Origin: the human T2T-CHM13v2.0 reference genome, Homo sapiens
DNA length: 64,000 bases
Assembly: GCF_009914755.1 (NCBI RefSeq)
Contig: NC_060925.1
Reading direction: 5' to 3' (one strand)
A program made the position numbers and the translations under genes. Shown in pieces: positions 11,579 to 27,800 of the stretch. Each line of letters starts with the position of its first letter. Position 1 is the first letter of the stretch. The notes below the pieces were generated by a model. The model did no database searches. It saw nothing but the letters and a program-made list of their open reading frames with translations, and had not been told where the DNA came from.

Positions 11579-14500
11579 ATGGAATCGTCATCGAATGAAT
11601 TGAATGCAATCATCGAATGGTCTCGAATGGAATCATCTTCTAATGGAAAGGAATGGAATCATCGCATAGAATCGAATGGAATTATCATCGAATGGAATCG
11701 AATGGTATCAACACCAAACGGAAAAAAACGGAATTATCGAATGGAATCGAAGAGAATCTTCGAACGGACCCGAATGGAATCATCTAATGGAATGGAATGG
11801 AATAATCCATGGACTCGAATGCAATCATCATCGAATGGAATCGAATGGAGTCATCGAATGGACTCGAATGGAATAATCATTGAACGGAATCGAATGGAAT
11901 CATCATCGGATGGAAACGAATGGAATCATCATCGAATGGAAATGAAAGGAGTCATCATCTAATGGAATTGCATGGAATCATCATAAAATGGAATCGAATG
12001 GAATCAACATCAAATGGAATCAAATGGAATCATTGAACGGAATTGAATGGAATCGTCATCGAATGAATTGACTGCAATCATCGAATGGTCTCGAATGGAA
12101 TCATCTTCAAATGGAATGGAATGGAATCACCGCATAGAATCGAATGGAATTATCATCGAATGGAATCGAATGGAATCAACACCAAACGGAAAAAAACGGA
12201 ATTATCGAATGGAATCGAAGAGAATCTTCGAACGGACCCGAATGGAATCATCTAATGGAATGGAATGGAATAATCCATGGACTCGAATGCAATCATCATC
12301 GAATGGAATCGAATGGAATCATCGAATGGACTCGAATGGAATAATCATTGAACGGAATCGAATGGAATCATCATCGGATGGAAATGAATGGAATCATCAT
12401 CGAATGGAATCGAATAGAATTATGGAATGAAATCCAGTGTGATCATCATCGAATGGACCCGAATGGAATCATCATCCAACGGAAGCTAATGGAATCAACA
12501 TCGAATGAATCGAATGGAAACACCATTGAATTGAAACGAATGGAATTATCATGAAATTGAAATGGATGGACTCATCATCGAATGGATTCGAATGGAATCA
12601 TCGAATAAAATTGATTGAAATCATCATCCAATGGAATCGAATGGTATCATTGAATGGAATCGAATGGAATCATCATCAGATGGAAATGAATGGAATCGTC
12701 ATAGAATGGAATCGAATGGATTCATTGAATGGAATCAGATGGAATCATCGAATGGACTGGAATGGAAACATTGAATGGACTCGAAAGGGATCATTATTGA
12801 ATGGAATTGAATGGAATCATCGAATGGTCTCGATTGGAATCATTACCAAATGGAATCGAATGGAATCACCGAATAGAATCGAATGGAACAATCATCGAAT
12901 GGACTCAAATGGAATTATCCTCAAATGGAATCGAATGGAATTATCGAATGCAATCGAATGGAATTATCGAATGCAATCGAATAGAATCATCGAATGGACT
13001 CGAATGGAATCATCGAATGGAATGGAATGGAACAGTCAATGAACTCGAATGGAATCATCATTGAATGGAATCGAATGGAATCATCGAGTGGAATCGAATG
13101 GAATTATGATCAAATGGAATCGAATGTAATCATCATCAAATGGAATCAAAAATAACCATCATCAATTGGTATTGAATGGAATTGTCATCAAATGGAATTC
13201 AAAGGAATCATCATCAAATGGAACCGAATGGAATCCTCATTGAATGGAAATGAAAGGGGTCATCATCTAATGGAATCGCATGGAATCATCATCAAATGGA
13301 ATCGAATGGAATCATCATCAAATGGAATCTAATGGAATCATTGAACAGAATTGAATGGAATCGTCATCGAATGAATTGAATGCAATCATCGAATGGTCTC
13401 GAATGGAATCATCTTCTAATGGAAAGGAATGGAATCATCGCATAGAATCGAATGGAATTATCATCGAATGGAATCGAATGGTATCAACACCAAACGGAAA
13501 AAAACGGAATTATCGAATGGAATCGAAGAGAATCTTCGAACGGACCCGAATGGAATCATCTAATGGAATGGAATGGAATAATCCATGGACTCGAATGCAA
13601 TCATCATCGAATGGAATCGAATGGAGTCATCGAATGGACTCGAATGGAATAATCATTGAACGGAATCGAGTGGAATCATCATCGGATGGAAACGAATGGA
13701 ATCATCATCGAATGGAAATGAAAGGAGTCATCATCTAATGGAATTGCATGGAATCATCATAAAATGGAATCGAATGGAATCAACATCAAATGGAATCAAA
13801 TGGAATCATTGAACAGAATTGAATGGAATCGTCATCGAATGAATTGACTGCAATCATCGAATGGTCTCGAATGGAATCATCTTCAAATGGAATGGAATGG
13901 AATCATCGCATAGAATCGAATGGAATTATCATCGAATGGAATCGAATGGAATCAACATCAAACGGAAAAAAACAGAATTATCGTATGGAATCTAAGAGAA
14001 TCATCGAATGGACCCGAATGGAATCATCTAATGGAATGGAATGGAATAATCCATGGACTCGAATGCAATCATCATCGAATGGAATCGAATGGAATCATCG
14101 AATGGACTCGAATGGAATAATCATTGAACGGAATCGAATGGAATCATCATCGGATGGAAATGAATGGAATCATCATCGAATGGAATCGAATAGAATTATG
14201 GAATGAAATCCAGTGTGATCATCATCGAATGGACCCGAATGGAATCATCATCCAACGGAAGCTAATGGAATCAACATCGAATGAATCGAATGGAAACACC
14301 ATCGAATTGAAACGAATGGAATTATCATGAAATTGAAATGGATGGACACATCATCGAATGGATTCGAATGGAATCATCGAATAAAATTGATTGAAATCAT
14401 CATCAAATGGAATCGAATGGTATCATTGAATGGAATCGAATGGAATCATCATCAGATGGAAATGAATGGAATCGTCATAGAATGGAATCGAATGGATTCA

Positions 14501-17500
14501 TTGAATGGAATCAGATGGAATCATCGAATGGACTGGAATGGAATCATTGAATGGACTCGAAAGGGATCATGATTGAATGGAATTGAATGGAATCATCGAA
14601 TGGTCTCGATTGGAATCATTATCAAATGGAATCGAATGGAATCACCGAATAGAATCGAATGGAACAATCATCGAATGGACTCAAATGGAATTATCCTCAA
14701 ATGGAATCGAATGGAATTATCGAATGCAATCGAATGGAATTATCGAATGCAATCGAATAGAATCATCGAATGGACTCGAATGGAGTCATCGAATGGAATG
14801 GAATGGAACAGTCAATGAACTCGAATGGAATCATCATTGAATGGAATCGAATGGAATCATCGAGTGGAATCGAATGGAATTATGATCAAATGGAATCGAA
14901 TGTAATCATCATCAAATGGAATCAAAAATAACCATCATCAATTGGTATTGAATGGAATTGTCATCAAATGGAATTCAAAGGAATCATCATCAAATGGAAC
15001 CGAATGGAATCCTCATTGAATGGAAATGAAAGGGGTCATCATCTAATGGAATCGCATGGAATCATCATCAAATGGAATCGAATGGAATCATCATCAAATG
15101 GAATCTAATGGAATCATTGAACAGAATTGAATGGAATCGTCATCGAATGAATTGAATGCAATCATCGAATGGTCTCGAATGGAATCATCTTCTAATGGAA
15201 AGGAATGGAATCATCGCATAGAATCGAATGGAATTATCATCGAATGGAATCGAATGGTATCAACACAAAACGGAAAAAAACGGAATTATCGAATGGAATC
15301 GAAGAGAATCTTCGAACGGACCCGAATGGAATCATCTAATGGAATGGAATGGAATAATCCATGGACTCGAATGCAATCATCATCGAATGGAATCGAATGG
15401 AATCATCGAATGGACTCGAATGGAATAATCATTGAACGGAATCGAATGGAATCATCATCGGATGGAAATGAATGGAATCATCATCGAATGGAAATGAAAG
15501 GAGTCATCATCTAATGGAATTGCATGGAATCATCATAAAATGGAATCGAATGGAATCAACATCAAATGGAATCAAATGGAATCATTGAACGGAATTGAAT
15601 GGAATCGTCATCGAATGAATTGACTGCAATCATCGAATGGTCTCGAATGGAATCATCTTCAAATGGAATGGAATGGAATCATCGCATAGAATCGAATGGA
15701 ATTATCATCGAATGGAATCGAATGGAATCAACATCAAACGGAAAAAAACGGAATTATCGAATGGAATCGAAGAGAATCATCGAATGGACCCGAATGGAAT
15801 CATCTAATGGAATGGAATGGAATAATCCATGGACTCGAATGCAATCATCATCGAATGGAATCGAATGGAATCATCGAATGGACTCGAATGGAATAATCAT
15901 TGAACGGAATCGAATGGAATCATCATCGGATGGAAATGAATGGAATCATCATCGAATGGAATCGAATAGAATTATGGAATGAAATCCAGTGTGATCATCA
16001 TCGAATGGACCCGAATGGAATCATCATCCAACGGAAGCTAATGGAATCAACATCGAATGAATCGAATGGAAACACCATCGAATTGAAACGAATGGAATTA
16101 TCATGAAATTGAAATGGATGGACTCATCATCGAATGGATTCGAATGGAATCATCGAATAAAATTGATTGAAATCATCATTTAATGGAATCGAATGGTATC
16201 ATTGAATGGAATCGAATGGAATCATCCTCAGATGGAAATGAATGGAATCGTCATAGAATGGAATCGAATGGATTCATTGAATGGAATCAGATGGAATCAT
16301 CGAATGGACTGGAATGGAATCATTGAATGGACTCGAAAGGGATCATGATTGAATGGAATTGAATGGAATCATCGAATGGTCTCGATTGGAATCATTATCA
16401 AATGGAATCGAATGGAATCACCGAATAGAATCGAATGGAACAATCATCGAATGGACTCAAATGGAATTATCCTCCAATGGAATCGAATGGAATTATCGAA
16501 TGCAATCGAATGGAATTATCGAATGCAATCGAATAGAATCATCGAATGGACTCGAATGGAATCATCGAATGGAATGGAATGGAACAGTCAATGAACTCGA
16601 ATGGAATCATCATTGAATGGAATCGAATGGAATCATCGAGTGGAATCGAATGGAATTATGATCAAATGGAATCGAATGTAATCATCATCAAATGGAATCA
16701 AAAATAACCATCATCAATTGGTATTGAATGGAATTGTCATCAAATGGAATTCAAAGGAATCATCATCAAATGGAACCGAATGGAATCCTCATTGAATGGA
16801 AATGAAAGGGGTCATCATCTAATGGAATCGCATGGAATCATCATCAAATGGAATCGAATGGAATCATCATCAAATGGAATCTAATGGAATCATTGAACAG
16901 AATTGAATGGAATCGTCATCGAATGAATTGAATGCAATCATCGAATGGTCTCGAATGGAATCATCTTCTAATGGAAAGGAATGGAATCATCGCATAGAAT
17001 CGAATGGAATTATCATCGAATGGAATCGAATGGTATCAACACCAAACGGAAAAAAACGGAATTATCGAATGGAATCGAAGAGAATCTTCGAACGGACCCG
17101 AATGGAATCATCTAATGGAATGGAATGGAATAATCCATGGACTCGAATGCAATCATCATCGAATGGAATGGAATGGAATCATCGAATGGACTCGAATGGA
17201 ATAATCATTGAACGGAATCGAATGGAATCATCATCGGATGGAAACGAATGGAATCATCATCGAATGGAAATGAAAGGAGTCATCATCTAATGGAATTGCA
17301 TGGAATCATCATAAAATGGAATCGAATGGAATCAACATCAAATGGAATCAAATGGAATCATTGAACGGAATTGAATGGAATCGTCATCGAATGAATTGAC
17401 TGCAATCATCGAATGGTCTCGAATGGAATCATCTTCAAATGGAATGGAATGGAATCATCGCATAGAATCGAATGGAATTATCATCGAATGGAATCGAATG

Positions 17501-20500
17501 GAATCAACATCAAACGGAAAAAAAACGGAATTATCGAATGGAATCGAAGAGAATCATCGAATGGACCCGAATGGAATCATCTAATGGAATGGAATGGAAT
17601 AATCCATGGACTCGAATGCAATCATCATCGAATGGAATCGAATGGAATCATCGAATGGACTCGAATGGAATAATCATTGAACGGAATCGAATGGAATCAT
17701 CATCGGATGGAAATGAATGGAATCATCATCGAATGGAATCGAATAGAATTATGGAATGAAATCCAGTGTGATCATCATCGAATGGACCCGAATGGAATCA
17801 TCATCCAACGGAAGCTAATGGAATCAACATCGAATGAATCGAATGGAAACACCATCGAATTGAAACGAATGGAATTATTATGAAATTGAAATGGATGGAC
17901 TCATCATCGAATGGATTCGAATGGAATCATCGAATAAAATTGATTGAAATCATCATCGAATGGAATCGAATGGTATCATTGAATGGAATCGAATGGAATC
18001 ATCATCAGATGGAAATGAATGGAATCGTCATAGAATGGAATCGAATGGATTCATTGAATGGAATCAGATGGAATCATCGAATGGACTGGAATGGAATCAT
18101 TGAATGGACTCGAAAGGGATCATGATTGAATGGAATTGAATGGAATCATCGAATGGTCTCGATTGGAATCATTATCAAATGGAATCGAATGGAATCACCG
18201 AATAGAATCGAATGGAACAATCATCGAATGGACTCAAATGGAATTATCCTCAAATGGAATCGAATGGAATTATCGAATGCAATCGAATGGAATTATCGAA
18301 TGCAATCGAATAGAATCATCGAATGGACTCGAATGGAATCATCGAATGGAATGGAATGGAACAGTCAATGAACTCGAATGGAATCATCATTGAATGGAAT
18401 CGAATGGAATCATCGAGTGGAATCGAATGGAATTATGATCAAATGGAATCGAATGTAATCATCATCAAATGGAATCAAAAATAACCATCATCAATTGGTA
18501 TTGAATGGAATTGTCATCAAATGGAATTCAAAGGAATCATCATCAAATGGAATCGAATGGAATCCTCATTGAATGGAAATGAAAGGGGTCATCATCTAAT
18601 GGAATCACACGGAATCATCATCAAATGGAATCGAATGGAATCATCATCAAATGGAATCTAATGGAATCATTGAACAGAATTGAATGGAATCGTCATCGAA
18701 TGAATTGAATGCAATCATCGAATGGTCTCGAATGGAATCATCTTCTAATGGAAAGGAATGGAATCATCGCATAGAATCGAATGGAATTATCATCGAATGG
18801 AATCGAATGGTATCAACACCAAACGGAAAAAAACGGAATTATCGAATGGAATCGAAGAGAATCTTCGAACGGACCCGAATGGAATCATCTAATGGAATGG
18901 AATGGAATAATCCATGGACTCGAATGCAATCAAAATCGAATGGAATCGAATGGAATCATCGAATGGACTCGAATGGAATAATCATTGAACGGAATCGAAT
19001 GGAATCATCATCGGATGGAAACGAATGGAATCATCATCGAATGGAAATGAAAGGAGTCATCATCTAATGGAATTGCATGGAATCATCATAAAATGGAATC
19101 GAATGGAATCAACATCAAATGGAATCAAATGGAATCATTGAACGGAATTGAATGGAATCGTCATCGAATGAATTGACTGCAATCATCCAATGGTCTCGAA
19201 TGGAATCATCTTCAAATGGAATGGAATGGAATCATCGCATAGAATCGAATGGAATTATCATCGAATGGAATCGAATGGAATCAACATCCAACGGAAAAAA
19301 ACGGAATTATCGAATGGAATCGAAGAGAATCATCGAATGGACCCGAATGGAATCATCTAATGGAATGGAATGGAATAATCCATGGACTCGAATGCAATCA
19401 TCATCGAATGGAATCGAATGGAATCATCGAATGGACTCGAATGGAATAATCATTGAACGGAATCGAATGGAATCATCATCAGATGGAAATGAATGGAATC
19501 ATCATCGAATGGAATCGAATAGAATTATGGAATGAAATCCAGTGTGATCATCATCGAATGGACCCGAATGGAATCATCATCCAACGGAAGCTAATGGAAT
19601 CAACATCGAATGAATCGAATGGAAACACCATCGAATTGAAACGAATGGAATTATTATGAAATTGAAATGGATGGACTCATCATCGAATGGATTCGAATGG
19701 AATCATCGAATAAAATTGATTGAAATCATCATCGAATGGAATCGAATGGTATCATTGAATGGAATCGAATGGAATCATCCTCAGATGGAAATGAATGGAA
19801 TCGTCATAGAATGGAATCGAATGGATTCATTGAATGGAATCAGATGGAATCATCGAATGGACTGGAATGGAATCATTGAATGGACTCGAAAGGGATCATG
19901 ATTGAATGGATTTGAATGGAATCATCGAATGGTCTCGATTGGAATCATTATCAAATGGAATCGAATGGAATCACCGAATAGAATCGAATGGAACAATCAT
20001 CGAATGGACTCAAATGGAATTATCCTCAAATGGAATCGAATGGAATTATCGAATGCAATCGAATGGAATTATCGAATGCAATCGAATAGAATCATCGAAT
20101 GGACTCGAATGGAATCATCGAATGGAATGGAATGGAACAGTCAATGAACTCGAATGGAATCATCATTGAATGGAATCGAATGGAATCATCGAGTGGAATC
20201 GAATGGAATTATGATCAAATGGAATCGAATGTAATCATCATCAAATGGAATCAAAAATAACCATCATCAATTGGTATTGAATGGAATTGTCATCAAATGG
20301 AATTCAAAGGAATCATCATCAAATGGAACCGAATGGAATCCTCATTGAATGGAAATGAAAGAGGTCATCATCTAATGGAATCGCATGGAATCATCATCAA
20401 ATGGAATCGAATGGAATCATCATCAAATGGAATCTAATGGAATCATTGAACAGAATTGAATGGAATCGTCATCGAATGAATTGAATGCAATCATCGAATG

Positions 20501-22235
20501 GTCTCGAATGGAATCATCTTCTAATGGAAAGGAATGGAATCATCGCATAGAATCGAATGGAATTATCATCGAATGGAATCGAATGGTATCAACACCAAAC
20601 GGAAAAAAACGGAATTATCGAATGGAATCGAAGAGAATCTTCGAACGGACCCGAATGGAATAATCTAATGGAATGGAATGGAATAATCCATGGACTCGAA
20701 TGCAATCAAAATCGAATGGAATCGAATGGAATCATCGAATGGACTCGAATGGAATAATCATTGAACGGAATCGAATGGAATCATCATCGGATGGAAACGA
20801 ATGGAATCATCATCGAATGGAAATGAAAGGAGTCATCATCTAATGGAATTGCATGGAATCATCATAAAATGGAATCGAATGGAATCAACATCAAACGGAA
20901 TCAAATGGAATCATTGAACGGAATTGAATGGAATCGTCATCGAATGAATTGACTGCAATCATCCAATGGTCTCGAATGGAATCATCTTCAAATGGAATGG
21001 AATGGAATCATCGCATAGAATCGAATGGAATTATCATCGAATGGAATCGAATGGAATCAACATCCAACGGAAAAAAACGGAATTATCGAATGGAATCGAA
21101 GAGAATCATCGAATGGACCCGAATGGAATCATCTAATGGAATGGAATGGAATAATCCATGGACTCGAATGCAATCATCATCGAATGGAATCGAATGGAAT
21201 CATCGAATGGACTCTAATGGAATAATCATTGAACGGAATCGAATGGAATCATCATCGGATGGAAATGAATGGAATCATCATCGAATGGAATCGAATAGAA
21301 TTATGGAATGAAATCCAGTGTGATCATCATCGAATGGACCCGAATGGAATCATCATCCAACGGAAGCTAATGGAATCAACATCGAATGAATCGAATGGAA
21401 ACACCATCGAATTGAAACGAATGGAATTATCATGAAATTGAAATGGATGGACTCATCATCGAATGGATTCGAATGGAATCATCGAATAAAATTGATTGAA
21501 ATCATCATCGAATGGAATCGAATGGTATCATTGAATGGAATCGAATGGAATCATCATCAGATGGAAATGAATGGAATCGTCATAGAATGGAATCGAATGG
21601 ATTCATTGAATGGAATCAGATGGAATCATCGAATGGACTGGAATGGAATCATTGAATGGACTCGAAAGGGATCATGATTGAATGGAATTGAATGGAATCA
21701 TCGAATGGTCTCGATTGGAATCATTACCAAATGGAATCGAATGGAATCACCGAATAGAATCGAATGGAACAATCATCGAATGGACTCAAATGGAATTATC
21801 CTCAAATGGAATCGAATGGAATTATCGAATGCAATCGAATGGAATTATCGAATGCAATCGAATAGAATCATCGAATGGACTCGAATGGAATCATCGAATG
21901 GAATGGAATGGAACAGTCAGTGAACTCGAATGGAATCATCATTGAATGGAATCGAATGGAATCATCGAGTGGAATCGAATGGAATTATGATCAAATGCAA
22001 TCGAATGTAATCCTCATCAAATGGAATCAAAAATAACCATCATCAATTGGTATTGAATGGAATTGTCATCAAATGGAATTCAAAGGAATCATCATCAAAT
22101 GGAACCGAATGGAATCCTCATTGAATGGAAATGAAAGGGGTCATCATCTAATGGAATCGCATGGAATCATCATCAAATGGAATCGAATGGAATCATCATC
22201 AAATGGAATCTAATGGAATCATTGAACGGAATTGA

Positions 22236-24851
22236 ATGGAATCGTCATCGAATGAATTGACTGCAATCATCCAATGGTCTCGAATGGAATCATCTTCAAA
22301 TGGAATGGAATGGAATCATCGCATAGAATCGAATGGAATTATCATCGAATGGAATCGAATGGAATCAACATCCAACGGAAAAAAACGGAATTATCGAATG
22401 GAATCGAAGAGAATCATCGAATGGACCCGAATGGAATCATCTAATGGAATGGAATGGAATAATCCATGGACTCGAATGCAATCATCATCGAATGGAATCG
22501 AATGGAATCATCGAATGGACTCGAATGGAATAATCATTGAACGGAATCGAATGGAATCATCATCGGATGGAAATGAATGGAATCATCATCGAATGGAATC
22601 GAATAGAATTATGGAATGAAATCCAGTGTGATCATCATCGAATGGACCCGAATGGAATCATCATCCAACGGAAGCTAATGGAATCAACATCGAATGAATC
22701 GAATGGAAACACCATCGAATTGAAACGAATGGAATTATCATGAAATTGAAATGGATGGACTCATCATCGAATGGATTCGAATGGAATCATCGAATAAAAT
22801 TGATTGAAATCATCATCGAATGGAATCGAATGGTATCATTGAATGGAATCGAATGGAATCATCATCAGATGGAAATGAATGGAATCGTCATAGAATGGAA
22901 TCGAATGGATTCATTGAATGGAATCAGATGGAATCATCGAATGGACTGGAATGGAATCATTGAATGGACTCGAAAGGGATCATGATTGAATGGAATTGAA
23001 TGGAATCATCGAATGGTCTCGATTGGAATCATTATCAAATGGAATCGAATGGAATCACCGAATAGAATCGAATGGAACAATCATCGAATGGACTCAAATG
23101 GAATTATCCTCAAATGGAATCGAATGGAATTATCGAATGCAATCGAATGGAATTATCGAATGCAATCGAATAGAATCATCGAATGGACTCGAATGGAATC
23201 ATCGAATGGAATGGAATGGAACAGTCAATGAACTCGAATGGAATCATCATTGAATGGAATCGAATGGAATCATCGAGTGGAATCGAATGGAATTATGATC
23301 AAATGGAATCGAATGTAATCATCATCAAATGGAATCAAAAATAACCATCATCAATTGGTATTGAATGGAATTGTCATCAAATGGAATTCAAAGGAATCAT
23401 CATCAAATGGAACCGAATGGAATCCTCATTGAATGGAAATGAAAGGGGTCATCATCTAATGGAATCGCATGGAATCATCATCAAATGGAATCGAATGGAA
23501 TCATCATCAAATGGAATCTAATGGAATCATTGAACAGAATTGAATGGAATCGTCATCGAATGAATTGAATGCAATCATCGAATGGTCTCGAATGGAATCA
23601 TCTTCTAATGGAAAGGAATGGAATCATCGCATAGAATAGAATGGAATTATCATCGAATGGAATCGAATGGTATCAACACCAAACGGAAAAAAACGGAATT
23701 ATCGAATGGAATCGAAGAGAATCTTCGAACGGACCCGAATGGAATCATCTAATGGAATGGAATGGAATAATCCATGGACTCGAATGCAATCATCATCGAA
23801 TGGAATCGAATGGAATCATCGAATGGACTCGAATGGAATAATCATTGAACGGAATCGAATGGAATCATCATCGGATGGAAATGAATGGAATCATCATCGA
23901 ATGGAATCGAATAGAATTATGGAATGAAATCCAGTGTGATCATCATCGAATGGACCCGAATGGAATCATCATCCAACGGAAGCTAATGGAATCAACATCG
24001 AATGAATCAAATGGAAACACCATCGAATTGAAACGAATGGAATTATCATGAAATTGAAATGGATGGACTCATCATCGAATGGATTCGAATGAAATCATCG
24101 AATAAAATTGATTGAAATCATCATCCAATGGAATCGAATGGTATCATTGAATGGAATCGAATGGAATCATCATCAGATGGAAATGAATGGAATCGTCATA
24201 GAATGGAATCGAATGGATTCATTGAATGGAATCAGATGGAATCATCGAATGGACTGGAATGGAATCATTGAATGGACTCGAAAGGGATCATGATTGAATG
24301 GAATTGAATGGAATCATCGAATGGTCTCGATTGGAATCATTATCAAATGGAATCGAATGGAATCACCGAATAGAATCGAATGGAACAATCATCGAATGGA
24401 CTCAAATGGAATTATCCTCAAATGGAATCGAATGGAATTATCGAATGCAATCGAATGGAATTATCGAATGCAATCGAATAGAATCACCGAATGGACTCGA
24501 ATGGAATCATCGAATGGAATGGAATGGAACAGTCAATGAACTCGAATGGAATCATCATTGAATGGAATCGAATGGAATCATCGAGTGGAATCGAACGGAA
24601 TTATGATCAAATGCAATCGAATGTAATCCTCATCAAATGGAATCAAAAATAACCATCATCAATTGGTATTGAATGGAATTGTCATCAAATGGAATTCAAA
24701 GGAATCATCATCAAATGGAACCGAATGGAATCCTCATTGAATGGAAATGAAAGGGGTCATCATCTAATGGAATCGCATGGAATCATCATCAAATGGAATC
24801 GAATGGAATCATCATCAAATGGAATCTAATGGAATCATTGAACAGAATTGA
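22236..24851 (+). repeat. Two adjacent 1308-bp variant units (B-only, then A-head)
   Basis: Anchors 22236, 23544 and 24852 are each 1308 apart. The first unit has B-type SNPs and the second A-type. Confidence 0.9.
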
Positions 24852-27800
24852 ATGGAATCGTCATCGAATGAATTGAATGCAATCATCGAATGGTCTCGAA
24901 TGGAATCATCTTCTAATGGAAAGGAATGGAATCATTGCATGGAATCGAATGGAATTATCATCGAATGGAATCGAATGGTATCAACACCAAACGGAAAAAA
25001 ACGGAATTATCGAATGGAATCGAAGAGAATCTTCGAACGGACCCGAATGGAATCATCTAATGGAATGGAATGGAATAATCCATGGACTCGAATGCAATCA
25101 TCATTGAATGGAATCGAATGGAATCATCGAATGGACTCGAATGGAATAATCATTGAACGGAATCGAATGGAATCATCATCGGATGGAAACGAATGGAATC
25201 ATCATCGAATGGAAATGAAAGGAGTCATCATCTAATGGAATTGCATGGAATCATCATAAAATGGAATCGAATGGAATCAACATCAAATGGAATCAAATGG
25301 AATCATTGAACGGAATTGAATGGAATCGTCATCGAATGAATTGACTGCAATCATCCAATGGTCTCGAATGGAATCATCTTCAAATGGAATGGAATGGAAT
25401 CATCGCATAGAATCGAATGGAATTATCATCGAATGGAATCGAATGGAATCAACATCCAACGGAAAAAAACGGAATTATCGAATGGAATCGAAGAGAATCA
25501 TCGAATGGACCCGAATGGAATCATCTAATGGAATGGAATGGAATAATCCATGGACTCGAATGCAATCATCATCGAATGGAATCGAATGGAATCATCGAGT
25601 GGACTCGAATGGAATAATCATTGAACGGAATCGAATGGAATCATCATCGGATGGAAATGAATGGAATCATCATCGAATGGAATCGAATAGAATTATGGAA
25701 TGAAATCCAGTGTGATCATCATCGAATGGACCCGAATGGAATCATCATCCAACGGAAGCTAATGGAATCAACATCGAATGAATCGAATGGAAACACCATC
25801 GAATTGAAACGAATGGAATTATCATGAAATTGAAATGGATGGACTCATCATCGAATGGATTCGAATGGAATCATCGAATAAAATTGATTGAAATCATCAT
25901 CGAATGGAATCGAATGGTATCATTGAATGGAATCGAATGGAATCATCATCAGATGGAAATGAATGGAATCGTCATAGAATGGAATCGAATGGATTCATTG
26001 AATGGAATCAGATGGAATCATCGAATGGACTGGAATGGAATCATTGAATGGACTCGAAAGGGATCATGATTGAATGGAATTGAATGGAATCATCGAATGG
26101 TCTCGATTGGAATCATTATCAAATGGAATCGAATGGAATCACCGAATAGAATCGAATGGAACAATCATCGAATGGACTCAAATGGAATTATCCTCCAATG
26201 GAATCGAATGGAATTATCGAATGCAATCGAATGGAATTATCGAATGCAATCGAATAGAATCATCGAATGGACTCGAATGGAATCATCGAATGGAATGGAT
26301 TGGAACAGTCAATGAACTCGAATGGAATCATCATTGAATGGAATCGAATGGAATCATCGAGTGGAATCGAATGGAATTATGATCAAATGGAATCGAATGT
26401 AATCATCATCAAATGGAATCAAAAATAACCATCATCAATTGGTATTGAATGGAATTGTCATCAAATGGAATTCAAAGGAATCATCATCAAATGGAACCGA
26501 ATGGAATCCTCATTGAATGGAAATGAAAGGGGTCATCATCTAATGGAATCGCATGGAATCATCATCAAATGGAATCGAATGGAATCATCATCAAATGGAA
26601 TCTAATGGAATCATTGAACAGAATTGAATGGAATCGTCATCGAATGAATTGAATGCAATCATCGAATGGTCTCGAATGGAATCATCTTCTAATGGAAAGG
26701 AATGGAATCATCGCATAGAATCGAATGGAATTATCATCGAATGGAATCGAATGGTATCAACACCAAACGGAAAAAAACGGAATTATCGAATGGAATCGAA
26801 GAGAATCTTCGAACGGACCCGAATGGAATCATCTAATGGAATGGAATGGAATAATCCATGGACTCGAATGCAATCATCATCGAATGGAATCGAATGGAAT
26901 CATCGAATGGACTCGAATGGAATAATCATTGAACGGAATCGATTGGAATCATCATCGGATGGAAACGAATGGAATCATCATCGAATGGAAATGAAAGGAG
27001 TCATCATCTAATGGAATTGCATGGAATCATCATAAAATGGAATCGAATGGAATCAACATCAAATGGAATCAAATGGAATCATTGAACGGAATTGAATGGA
27101 ATCGTCATCGAATGAATTGACTGCAATCATCCAATGGTCTCGAATGGAATCATCTTCAAATGGAATGGAATGGAATCATCGCATAGAATCGAATGGAATT
27201 ATCATCGAATGGAATCGAATGGAATCAACATCAAACGGAAAAAAACGGAATTATCGAATGGAATCGAAGAGAATCATCGAATGGACCCGAATGGAATCAT
27301 CTAATGGAATGGAATGGAATAATCCATGGACTCGAATGCAATCATCATCGAATGGAATCAAATGGAATCATCGAATGGACTCGAATGGAATAATCATTGA
27401 ACGGAATAGAATGGAATCATCATCGGATGGAAATGAATGGAATCATCATCGAATGGAATCGAATAGAATTATGGAATGAAATCCAGTGTGATCATCATCG
27501 AATGGACCCGAATGGAATCATCATCCAACGGAAGCTAATGGAATCAACATCGAATGAATCAAATGGAAACACCATCGAATTGAAACGAATGGAATTATCA
27601 TGAAATTGAAATGGATGGACTCATCATCGAATGGATTCGAATGGAATCATCGAATAAAATTGATTGAAATCATCATCCAATGGAATCGAATGGTATCATT
27701 GAATGGAATCGAATGGAATCATCATCAGATGGAAATGAATGGAATCGTCATAGAATGGAATCGAATGGATTCATTGAATGGAATCAGATGGAATCATCGA

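Larger units (their letters stand above)
3734..13625 (+). repeat. 4860-bp super-repeat (1776+1308+1776), about 2 copies
   Basis: Anchor pairs 3635/8495, 5411/10271 and 6719/11579. Shared rare variants: GGAAGGGAATGG 4169/9029, ACCATCAACA 5211/10071, CACCATGGAATT 5885/10745, ATCACCGCAT 7266/12126. Confidence 0.92.

Noticed and set aside
17518-17525. 1-bp insertion in the A-tract (A8 vs A7), giving a 1777-bp unit and a frameshifted ORF pair
   Set aside because: A single homopolymer length change, from trivial slippage or a sequencing error. It is not a programmed frameshift because the ORFs are not genes.
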